A stretch of 64,000 nucleotides of DNA from Moniliella sp. 'wahieum'. Lineage: Eukaryota. The notes under the pieces were generated by a model that saw only the letters and a list, made by a program, of their open reading frames with translations, was not told the origin of the DNA and did no database searches. Positions within the stretch are counted from its first letter, which is position 1; every line of letters begins with the position of its first letter. Shown here piece by piece: positions 1 to 11,610 of the stretch. The position numbers and the translations under genes were made by a program. Location: the NCBI GenBank assembly GCA_003971905.1, contig RSEE01000052.1, forward strand, positions 1-64,000, in the 5' to 3' direction.

Positions 1-600
1 AGGGGACCGGTACTCTGGTCCGATGACGTGTCCGCTGCCCCTCCACTCCCGTCGGACACTACGCTTACCGCCTTTCCCTCGCTAAGTCCGCTGTCTCTTG
101 GGAGCAAGAGTGCCGCCGCCACAGCTATCACAGCCACCAACGTTAGTCGTTCTTCTTGGCCCACTCTTCCGGCCGATGACTACCGCTCCCTGCCACACAA
201 CCACACCACCAGGCCAAGTCCCAGTCTGGGAACGGGTACACCCGGCCAATGCACTTGTGCACGACACGACCAGTCCCCGCCCGCCTCACGTTCGCCCGAG
301 CAACCTAACTGATCCATCTGGGACCGATGGGCCATCGGCTTTAGGTCCAGGTCGAGGGGGGCGCGGACTGTGCGTGTAGGTTCGTCATCGGTTTCGACAC
401 TGTCGTCGTCGTTTTCGGACCGGTGGGATCTGCGCTGGGGAAACGAGTGCGGGAGCGGATGCGGATGCGGATGCTGGTGCTGGTGCTGGTGCGGGGCGTG
501 TGGAGCGAGCCTTGTCCGATACGCCGTTGTGGTCCTTACCGCGTCGGTGGGGCGCGGGGGGGTGGTCGCGTCGCATGGGCGTGGGCTTGGGGCTTGGTGA
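1..600 (+). CDS. Possible 3' end of an uncharacterised Ser/Thr/Pro-rich gene running in from the left edge
   Basis: Low-complexity open frames 28-312 and 370-600 (SSVSTLSSSFSDRWDL...), stop at 598-600; no domain recognised. Confidence 0.25.
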
Positions 601-3600
601 AAGTCGGCGTAAGACCAGAACGTAATTGCAGGCAGGGACGAGGACCGACACTCAAAAGGGACAGCAGTGTACCGGAGGGTACCGGAGAGCACAGCGGAGC
701 ACAGCGGAGGATAGAGAGAAGAGTGACTCTTGTTTTGGTTATGTGCAAGCGTCGGGTTCTCTTCCTCTTTGTTGTTGGGGTGGTGCGTTTTCTGCGGGTG
801 AGCTGCATCGGTGAGCTGTGAGCTGGTGAGTTGGTGTGAGTTTGTGTACACTTGAACCCTCTCTCTCGTGTTGGTGGGCTTCATCAATCTCAATCTCATC
901 CTGTTTAATCCACCTGCACACCCGTTTGTCCGAATCTCTGCACGGCTCACCTTGACATTGATTTTTTCCCTTCGATGTGTTGGCGGTACGCATTACAGTG
1001 TTCCTGTTCCTGATTTCTGATCCTTTCCGTTCCTCTCTATCTTGAACTCTCACTCGGCTCGACTCCAATCCAGGGTACGTGGTACACTTATCGAGCCCTC
1101 CTGCTCAGCGTGTTGCTCCATCGATCCTCTCGTTTCTCGGGTTTGCCAATACCTATGCACGAGGGACTCGAGGAAGATAGAGGAGCGGCGTTGGCGCGCG
1201 GCTACATGGTATGCCACAGTACCAGGATATCCGAAGTACACGGCGCACAGGTTTCGAAGGACACGAAAACATTACTATTGACTATTGAATCCTCCTCTTC
1301 CACATGACCTTCCTCAAGCACTCTCTCTTCGGACCCTCTTGTGCTTCTCGGGCGTAACGCGGAACGCGTAATATATGATGGCAGGCAGCGGTCCTGAACA
1401 CGAACCCTGCCCCTCTATCCAATTGGGGGACGAGCGCGCTACCGAACGCGAGAGGATGGTGAGATCTGAGACCAACAGACACGAATACGTTACCGGGGGA
1501 GCACGCTGGACTATGAATGACATCCAATAAGCCACAAGTTCACAGAGCACATGGGGGGAGGTGTCCATATGATGCTTTCTTTGCCATAAAGAGAGCAGCA
1601 TGCTAGTGTCTACCAAACAGCCCACCGGCACCCGAAAGGACCTGGTCAGCTGAGACAAGGACGCAGGAGGTAAGAGGGAGGGGGGCGTCAGACTCAAGAC
1701 GTGCTCGCTAAGGCCGGTAACCGGTAACCTTTGGTCCCACTAGTCCGGTATGCGCGGCATACGTGACAGGTGATTAAGATTCCTATCAGTTGGATGATCC
1801 TGTTCAATAACGTTCACCTCACGACTGTGCCCCCTTCCTTCTGAGGTACATATAATGAGACCTGCAGTCCGGATGTGGTTGGTCCTCGAGGGTGATGCAA
1901 TTGCACTGGTGGTGGTGAGGGTCTAAGCCTAGGCAGCAACGCCTACAGAGGCACCATCAAGCTTCACGCAGTGAGTCGCCAGCAGGGGCTAATAAGTGCG
2001 GAACAGGAAAACAGGAGAGAGGAAACAACGGAACTCGTAGGCCTGAGGTCAGGCCTGAGGAGGAACTGAAGGGACGTTGGCCCGTTGAAGCCCCGGTATC
2101 TCGTGGCTCAACACATATACCTCCACATGCACACACACTCCGTCCATATGTATATCCAATCCATCTGCTCCCTTTCTCCATCTCACGTTTCCTGACAGGG
2201 AAGTGCCCCGGGCCTTCTTGGTCGCGGCTGCAAAACCTTGGCCGTCAGTCTGGCCTGCACGGCGTGCTGGACAGAAACCTCTTGGGGATCGCCTTGGAGG
2301 GGGCGAAAAGGATGGGCTGGTGGGAGAGGGGCAGTCGTCATCGCCGTTGTGGACGTTATTGTTGTGTTTATGCTTGTGGTTTTGGGGTTGGGCTAGACTT
2401 CAAGCTTGATCGATGATCTCACGGGCGTGCGCTCGGCAGCGTTCCCTCGAGGAGGCGCGCAGTGACGCGGCAGGCAGGGCGGCGTCCAACTTTCTCAACT
2501 CATTTCACGTGGTTGCCGTGTATTGCTTGGGCTGGCGAGGAGCATTCCGTCCCACCCCCTTTTCCGCTCGTCGCGTGATGCAGCCAAGCGAGGGCGGCGC
2601 ACCAGGCACAACAGCGCACTATTCGTTGGTCCCAGATTGAACGTTCAAGTCTTGGAGGCGTGTGGAGCTCGAGGCTCAGGTTAGAACTTGGAACCCTGAG
2701 GTTAATGGAAAAGCTTTCTTTCCCCATTGAAAAGTTCTTAAAAAGCTCACTCGTGTAGTAGTATCTAGTAGTACTAGTAACTCCTCTTTTGGTTAGCTTT
2801 GTGGGCGGCGGCTGCAGACGTCGGTTAGAGCGGGGTGGAGAGGAGGATAGGAATGTTGAACCTCGCTGTGTTTGCCATATCCTTTGGGGTTGGCGGCTGT
2901 TACCTCCGGTTACCCAGGGGCTCCCTTGGCGCGTGATGTATGACGACATATCTGAAGCTTGATTTGAATTTGAGGCGAGCACCACAGCGAAGGACGAGCC
3001 AGTGCGAACAGCTCGCACGAGAACCAGACTGTAGCTGCACTAGGCACTAGGCACTGGAGACTGGACAGGCGAGACTGGTGCTGCGCCTGGTCAGGCAGTT
3101 GCCCAGTTGGCGCTGTTGGGTTGGCGCTCGGTCGACGAGAGCGCGAGCTCCTATCCCACATTCAACGTTGACGTTCAACGAACGTTCAACTGTGGCTGAG
3201 TGGACCGTTCCATTCGGTAACCGGTAACCGGTCGAAATACCGATGATGCAACGATACATACTGCATGATCGATGATCGCCCTTGCGCCCCGCGGAGGGAA
3301 CACTGCGAGCCCTCCTGCTGAGCCTCAGCGCTGAACAACGGTGACCTTGCGAACGGTTCAAACGATACCAGCCCTGCCCCCGTACCTACCGTACCAACGG
3401 CCCGTCGGATTGGAGATCCATTTTCTCAGCCCGCAGCACACATTCCGTATGAGGTTATCGGTTACTTTCAGTGCATCCGAACAGGACTCGGTCCAGTCTC
3501 AGTACACTCACCCTCGCCGGCTCGCCATTCAGCGCGTGGCTGGCCGGCCGACATGGCGGCCAGAGGTGGCCTGTCGCCGGGCAGCTGTCGGCGGGGCAGA

Positions 3601-4371
3601 GGGGCCAGGTGCCCGTAGCAGATGCGAATAGCTGCGGCCAGTGCGAGTGCGTTACGGTGTGCTCTGCCCCACTGCCAACCCTCCCATGTCGTTCTACATG
3701 CCGCGCTGCGCTTACGTACCACGCCCCACTCAGCGATCAGCGCGATCGGCGCAGTGGCCCTGTGCGAGCCGGCGTCCCAGCCCTCCACCACCGGTTGCCG
3801 GGGGCAGCCGGCGCAGCAGCCCCATCGAACACCCGTTCCTCGATCACCGACGATCGCCAATCGGAGGAAGCGCTCTGCGGCGGAGCCATGCCACAGGCCA
3901 CAGGTCACCGTCACATGTCACAGTCACCTGCATGGCCACAGCAGCATCACACCACACCACTCTCCGACGCCTTATCACTAGTCACTTTGGCCCGCCCACC
4001 CACCTCCTCCCACCCCGCCCGTGTACCCGCACACTGCCCCCGGCGCAAATCGCTGCGGTCCGAGCTCCCTAGCCCCCGCACACGGCCAGTGTGGCGCCGG
4101 CGTGCGAGCATGCACTTCTGCGGCGCATCGCCACAGGGCGCTGTGCGTGGCCGCCCGTCGCCAGTGTTGTGTCCCTTGCGCGCCCGCTGATTTGCGCCGC
4201 CACACTCGTCTGGTGCTGGTGCCTTCTGCGTTCTGTTTTGGTGCCGACGTGGGTGCTGCGTGGGACATGTGAACCAGAGGCACTGGCTGCTACCTTCACC
4301 CTCTCGCCACCCCCCCCTTTCTCCTGCCACACCTCCACCTACCCTCCCTCTCCCTCTCCCTCTTCCACGCC

Positions 4372-5727
4372 ATGCACCTCCCTGGCGCTTCTCTCGTGAC
4401 TGGCCTGGCCCTGGCCAGCAGTGTCTCTGCCCGTGCCCTCGTGTACCGCGGCAACGGCGCTGCTGCTGCCACGCCTGCCTTTGACCGCCGTGCAGCCAAG
4501 ACGTCGTCGGTCAGCGTGGTGACCACCATGCCGCTTGCCTCCAGCGCCACGGAGCCAGCAGCGCCGGCATCTGGTCCACTGCCAGCCCCCACCCTTCTCG
4601 TACGGCACCCCTAGCAACACCTTCTTTGGCGTCCAGGGTCGTGGCAAGAACGGTCCCACCAACCCCGACCAGCCTTCGCTCAACACTCCCCTCAACCAGT
4701 CGTCTGACGCTCGTCTTGCTACCCTCAACTCGATTGACGACTGGTGCACCTTTGGTCCCTCTCCTCTCAACAACACCGATACCCTTGGGGATCTGGAGCA
4801 GACAACGGTGGCCTACTGCACCAAGCAACGCAACAACGCTCGTGTCATTGTACGTTCCTTCAATCTCTCTGTTTCTTACTGTGGGCTCGATGCGTGGACG
4901 TTTCTGACATGTGCTTTTTTACTTTCTTTTCTGGTTAGCCCGACGGCACCGTGACTGCCGTTCAGTTTGTCAAGACACCCCTCTACATCCAGCTGTATGC
5001 GCTGGGTGACTTTGCCAACATCAACCTTGCTCCCGGCGACTCGGGCGGAGAACTTGACCCCACGGTGCGACCAACATGGGCAACCCTGTGGGTGGCAATG
5101 TGACGTCGAACATTGTCGATGGCAAGACGGATGTGTTTTACGAGGAGTGGATGAATACATTTCCTCGTCGGAGATTTGCTTCCGTGTGTGCATTGCCGGT
5201 TCGGACCAAGCCACTCCGTCGTCGAGTGCCAGCACACGCTGGACGAGATGGGATGCTCGTTTGTCATGGCCCAGCTGCCCCTTACCAACGGGACATTTGA
5301 GTCGTGCGAGGCGGATGCTGCGTACCCTCCTGGTCTGTACCCGCAACCCGACGGGTCCACCTCGACGTTCCAGCAATACTTTTCGGGCATCTACACTGTT
5401 GGCGCTACGGCCTACTCGTTCCAGAATGCGCAGTCGGACCAGGTGACGCCTTCTGCGCCGTACTCCTACCCCACTCCGAGCTCCTGCACCACCACGTCGT
5501 CCATCAAGAACGGGCTATTGGGCATTGGCTACGTTGCCCCCGCGTCCTCGAGCAAGTCGGCGTCCAAGGGTGCCAGCGCATCGGGCAGTGCATCCAGCAG
5601 TCCATCTGGCTCGGCCTCGGGCTCTTCAAGCACGTCGAGCAAATCCCCCGCTTCGGGCCGAACGTCGTACCTGGGAGCTGGTGTGGCCTTCACCGCTGCC
5701 CTCTTGGCTGGTGTGGCACTGTGTTAA
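4372..5727 (+). CDS. Secreted, probably GPI-anchored mannoprotein of the MP88/macrophage-activating-glycoprotein-like family
   Basis: Signal peptide MHLPGASLVTGLALASSVSA; ARLATLNSIDDWCTFGP; VAYCTKQRNNARVI|PDGT across intron 4850-4938 (GTACGT..TTAG); DSGGELDPHG; CQHTLDEMGC; Ser-rich tail and hydrophobic C-terminus GAGVAFTAALLAGVALC*. Several frameshifts. Confidence 0.8.
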
Positions 5728-8028
5728 CCGCTTTCCCGTTCCTGGGTGGTGAGCGCGGGGTGGTAGACGCCGAGCGGAGGGAAGAGGCGCGCATCGCCAT
5801 CGCCCACGATCCCGGCCCTGTTACTTTTCTGGCTCGCTCGTTCCGCCCTTGTGCGGTCACCTCTGTTGTGTTGTTGTGCGGTGCGCATTTACCGTTCACC
5901 GCCACGCTCAGTGGGTCCCCAATGTGACCTACTCAGCCTATAGTATCCCCCGTACCCCCCCCCCCCTTCAACCCTTTCCATACACACACTGTTGCCCTTG
6001 CCCTTGTCCTTGCCTTTTCCCCGTTCCCACCATTCCCCCTCCTTCGTTCCCCTTTCTGCCATGTTCTTATCCCCTCTTCTTCACCGCTCATGTGACGGAC
6101 ATTGATTTCTTTCCACCCCACTGACCTAGCCTGAGCTAGGAGATACGTGCCTCATGCATCGCCATATACAATAGATGCTCTTTCCTTCGTTTTGTTTTCG
6201 GTTCAGCGGTGAGTTCAGCTTTGTTCTTGTTGTGCTTTGTGGTACGTGGTTCGCATCGTTCTTCCCATCCCACTCCGTTAGGGTGCGGGGAGGGGGGTGG
6301 AATCTCCCCACTCGTTTTTTTTTGCGTGCACACTCAAGTACTCACGCGCGTTGGTCTGCTCTTCCTCGTTTTGGGTCCCGCTTTGCCTCGTGCAGTAGTT
6401 TGTCTTTCTTTGTCTCTTGGTCTTTGCATCTGTGCATCTGTTTTCCGCGTGTGGGCCGCTCGGGACGCGGGGTTTCCCTGTGCCTGCGCCTCGGTCGCCT
6501 GGACGCAAGTGGAGTCACTAGTCACTTCCCCTGGTCCATTGGAGCGTCTGGGAGCGTTGGATCGTGGGAGGGGCGGGAGGCGTTGGAGCATGGGAGCGTT
6601 GGAATGTTGGTGGCGGTACTGGAAAACAGAGGTGAGGAGATACGAAGATGTGAAGATGTGGAGATATGGAGATGTGGGGACGGGGACGATGTGTGGATGC
6701 CAATGAGTTAGAGGTGTGCTGGGTGTTCAATAGTCTGCGCGCTCGTTACTTGCATCCATCCATTCATTTTCGGGGGCGCACAATTGGGGGCGGTGATGTA
6801 GATGCATACGAGGCCATGATCGAACCGACCCAGGATAGATATATACATGGAAGAGCTGAGTGTGCAGGAGCGCAGGTGGGCGTGAGAACAATGGGTTAAT
6901 GTGGTCGATGGTGACTAGTGACTAGTGACTCGCTTCCTATACCTGTGTACCTACCTGCCTTGTCGTTAACCTTTTTAAGCGTGCGTTGTTTGCGGAACAA
7001 TATAAGCGGTATCGTTGCTGGTCGTGGCCATCATGCACATCATGACGTATTCGGACAACTTGCCTTTCCACACTTTCCGCCATCCCATCGTTGGCGTACG
7101 CACAAGTCCTACGAGCCCCGAGACGGACGCTGCTAACCCTGGGATTGAGGGGGGAGCAGGAGTTTCATCCGCCACCTGTTAGTCAAGACGGTGTGGAGAC
7201 AGACGAGTACAATGAACGTGGTCAGCGGGGGAAACAAAACTAAAGATGTCAATATAGCATGGTCGCATGGAAGCGAGCGAGCCTGTACCGAGATCTTCAT
7301 GCGGCTATAGGGGTCCCACAAAAAGGAGGCCCCTAAGAGGTAAATGCGGATATTGCCAAGACCATTTCGACCGCTCGCACGTCCCGTTCCCCAGGCCTGC
7401 TTGAGATGGCCCGGCTGGTCGTACCCTTTTCGTCCAACGCCATGCCCAAGCGGATGTGGTGCATCAGATGTGAGAGCTTGAGGAATGGAACGGCTCGCAT
7501 CGTTTGTTGATGAGCAAGAGAGGTACGACAGTGTGTACCGGTACAGGATGTATGTCTTGTGTCTCGTTCCTAGGATCTACTGGCATCTCGCTCCCTTTTC
7601 CCGCTACTTCGACAACTTCCGTTTGCTTCGCACGCCCTATACCCTCCTCTGCACCCACGAACTGTGCAACGATTCGCTTTTGGCGTGGCCATATTCGGAG
7701 TGGCGACAGCGCGCTTATCCAGGACGAAGTCGCCCCCCCCCGCCCTCATCTACGCAAGCAACTTGGAATACCTCCTTGGCGCGCAACCCGCATCCCCCTT
7801 GCTGTGGGCAAAGACAAAAACGCCCAACAATGGAGAATCCAAGACCGGTCGAGTGCATTGTCACTACCACGTCGAAACCGTTGGTTTAGTTTACCACCAC
7901 AAGAACTCAACGTGTTGTTTGAACCCGCAATGAAACATGTAACAGACAATGGCGGAGATGGACAGAATTGGCAAAGTATTACCTTGGTTCCGGGATCTGA
8001 TCCGACCCCAGCTCAGTTGTGCGTTGCC

Positions 8029-8150
8029 GGCGATCCCCCAGGTTCCCTAAACGGGTTTGACGCTAACACGCAATAGACGCCGGTCGGTTTAGACGCAGCG
8101 CTGCTTTGTGCCAGAGGCTATAAGCTCGGTCAATATATGGTTACAGTGTA
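8029..8150 (-). repeat. Dispersed short repeat, copy A
   Basis: Reverse complement reads TACACTGTAACCATATATTGACCGAGCTTA...TCTAAACCGA..CCGGCGT...TTAGCGTCAAACCCGTTTAGGGAACCTGGGGGATCGCC, matching copies B (52243-52389) and C (53965-54092). Confidence 0.8.
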
Positions 8151-8640
8151 CCTCTTCAATCGCGCCATTTCCTAAACTCCTCAATTTTTTGCATGCCTCG
8201 TTTCATATGTAGTTGTTGCTTGAGAGCGAGCGTATAGGATGCAAGTGCTGATCAAACATGCTACACAACGCATATTGAGTGCACAAGCTGTCCTAGACGC
8301 CAGCCGATGACGGGGAAGTGCAGTGGGGGCGCCGTCTCGAGACAGGCGTAGCTACATTTGCTAGAGGGTAGTGCTAGGGTTCACCTGCACTCTCTCCAAT
8401 GGATCGGTGATGCTCGCTGGTTCGTGTGATTCGCCCCTTGCGTGGTCTGCGCCACCCCTTTGTCTGTTCCGACTTGCTTGCTTGGCTCTTGTCTTCTTCC
8501 CTTCAGCTTGCTTGAAGGACTTGTGGCTGACTGCCCTGCCTTCTTGCACGGCTTGAAGCTCATCTCTCGTGCTGCCCATAGCGTTTCCCAGCTGCAGTCG
8601 AGCAACATTTGCCTCACATCTCGATTAACTCGGTATATTA

Positions 8641-9350
8641 CTCTCAGATCTCAGTATTACTCAGTAAAACCTCTTTGCAGGCACTCTGAGATCTCTGTAT
8701 AGTTCCAGTCACTAGAAGGCATACACTAATCACTATGTCATAATAGGCACTAGTCTCACATGTCACATCTCAGATCTCAGATTCGATCTCAGAATCTCAG
8801 ATCTCACTAGTCACTAGCTCAGCGCTGCTCAGCGCTCACTAGTCACTAGTCACTAGACACTAGTCACTACTTACTGTCTGCTTCACATGCACGTCACAAA
8901 GGTCGCACGCATCACAAGCCTTTCCTCACACGGTCATAGTACTCGATTTCGTAAAAAGTGTCGTCAATATATCAACAGACATCAGTACCATCAGTACGTG
9001 CCAGTAACCAAATCAAAACAAAAAAAACGCGCGAAACAGACTGTGACATGTGATAGTTGATAATGCGAACATCATGTATCACATGTCACAAGCACACAAA
9101 CAAGATCTAACCGGTAACCTCTGCCCTATAGCAAGAGTGAGATATGTCACAAGGTTGTCACGCATCATCACTCACAGTATTCAGTAACTAGTACTAACTA
9201 GTAACTAGTAACACTCAGTCTGAGTACTCATCGATCTTCATGCATCAGTATATTCTCCGTAAGTACTAAGTGTGCTTTGATGATCGATGAGATTTGAGAT
9301 CTGAGATCCAACAGAATCCTCTGAGATCTAACTTGCAATCGAATTACTAG
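8641..9350. repeat. Dense cluster of palindromic heptamer-period micro-repeats (AGATCT, ACTAGT, ACATGT, ACCGGT, AGTACT, ATCGAT)
   Basis: e.g. TCTCAGATCTCAG, TCACTAGTCACTAGTCACTAG, TCACATGTCAC, TAACTAGTAACTAGTAAC; no ORF of 60 aa or more starts inside it. Confidence 0.8.
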
Positions 9351-11089
9351 CGAAGAGATGCAAGAAAAATCGCCAGATAGAGTGTGCCATCGATTATTGC
9401 TAACTCCCGCGGGAGGGAAGGTGTAACAGTCGGGACTAAACGAGGGAGACCAAGGTCCTGTCAGAGGCGGGGGGAAGGCAAGATCGTTCGTGGGAGGAAA
9501 CAGAAGGCATCAGGCAGAGAACAGAAGCAAAAGGGAAGGGAAGGGTGAGAGACACAGGATGCAGAATTGGAAATTGGAGCGAGCTTAGTCATTCGTGACA
9601 GAAGGGACTAGCAAAAGGAATGGTGGAGATGAGGGGGTTTCCTTCTGCATTGATATGCTGATGGTATCGCACACAGCAAAACGTGGAAATTGTACCATCG
9701 GAAAGCAGTTCATGCACTTAGGCCTCTTTGCAGTAGTGGTCAATGACAAACTCAATGTCCCAAGGCATTGCCGACGCGAAACTATCGCTATGAACATGAA
9801 CGTTGAACCGTAATTCCATGTGGACCATTTCTGTGATAGTCTCGGTGTAGCAACTTTTTTGCTCCATGATGCTGAGGGGCTTGGAGATAATCGGTAGGGG
9901 AAATACGCGATTGTTTACTGTTTACTATACATAGAGACTGATGATGCACTGACGACGGCACGACGGATCCACCTCCCAATGCTCTCCAGATGTGCTGCTC
10001 TCTTTGGGAATGCCCTGCAGCACACCCACTAAAATTACCCGGTCTAGTATACGGTGTGCATGAGGGCGGGTTCATGAGCCATGTTCATATTCATCTCCGC
10101 ACACGGATATATAGTTGTTGACGAAGATACCCCAATCCTAGAAACTCGATCATGATCGTGCTGTCTTTCGGATCTATACACAGGATGTGCAAAGATCAAA
10201 AGAATAAAAAGCACTTAGCATACCAACATCGATCTTATTTATTCGACGTTCAACGTTGTCAGATCGTGACCATCGGCCAGCGGTTCAGGATCTTCTTGCT
10301 CCCGATCGAAAGGTATTTCATGAGTGGAGATGAATATGAGCTATAGTAATAGTGAAGATGTGATTCAGGAAACATTTCTCTCCTACATTGGAGACTACTA
10401 GACTTTTCTTTTTCCAGTATTCAAAAACAAAACTTGTTATAATAACAATCGTGGTGTAGAGTAACACCCTCGTGTGTCCCGCGAACTGGGGGGAGGAAAG
10501 ATTGTAGGCGGCTAGTGGGACTTTTGACGATCTTTGTCGTATAGTCTGTCCGAGAAGCCGATGCGTCTCTCCTTCTCTCCCTGTGTTCCACAGGGGGTGG
10601 ACGTGTCTCGTTAGCTCATCAAGTACTATCTCCCTTCCAGAACTCGACGTGGGCCACCTCCGTCATCATATCTCTCATGGCATGTGGCCAACCGCTGTCC
10701 CTGGTGCATCAAAAACGTCCCTGTGGTTCCATATCGCAGAGAGGATCTTGACTGTGTGATCCTCTCTGGCACTCAGTTGGTAGACCAGGTTCGCCTCCAT
10801 TCCATCGGCTTCCACGCTGGTGCGGGTATCGTCCCAGCGTGTGGCACTGTCCCTGTGCCCTGCATTCTCTCCTGTGTGCCTCACTGGCCCGGTTCCTATA
10901 GTCCGGCATGCTATATAGATGCCTCTGTACCCCGACCCAACTCTGGCCCAATCCATCACCTTCTCATCCTCCTTCTCCCCACATCCGGGTCCTTAGGCCA
11001 ACAGAGTAGTCTATATAGTAGTGACGCTAGTGCGGGCTTCTTCCCTGTTGCCCATGCGGTTGGACACGTAGGGGAATCTGGATCGGCTT

Positions 11090-11610
11090 GAAGCCTGCAG
11101 CTTGAAGCTTGAAGCTTGAACCTGGGTAAGAATGAGTGACTAGCAACGAAGGGTAGATATCAACTGCAAGATAATCGATGATGGAGATGATCATCGATCA
11201 TGCATCATGTCGATATCGAAAGCTGAGAGCTGAGCGGTGGCGGATGCATGATGCATGATGCATGATGCATGATGCATGATGATCGATGAGGCACCCAGAC
11301 GCCCCACAGACACCTGAAGACACTCGCAGTACCGGTGCATCATGCACCATGCATTCTGCTGAGCCGCTCAGCGCTCACACGCTCACGCATGTAGCACATG
11401 CCCATGCACCCCAGCACATCATGCATCAAGCTTCAAGTGTGACATGTGACATGCGAACGTGGCGCATTGTATGTCACACATGTCACATGTCACATGCACT
11501 GGTCACCCGGTCACCGGCCACCGGTCACCAGTCAACTAGTCAAGCTTCAAGCTTCAAGCTTCAAGCTTCAAGCTAGTTACTAGTTACTAGTTACCAGGTT
11601 ACTAGTTACT
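11090..11610. repeat. Dense cluster of palindromic heptamer-period micro-repeats
   Basis: (GCTTGAA)n near 11100, (ATGCATG)x5 near 11244-11281, (CACATGT)n near 11477-11497, (TCAAGCT)x4-5 near 11540-11574, (AGTTACT)n near 11575-11609. Confidence 0.85.

Noticed and set aside
8641..11610. CRISPR-like array
   Set aside because: Eukaryotic context; no constant repeat with unique spacers and no cas genes.
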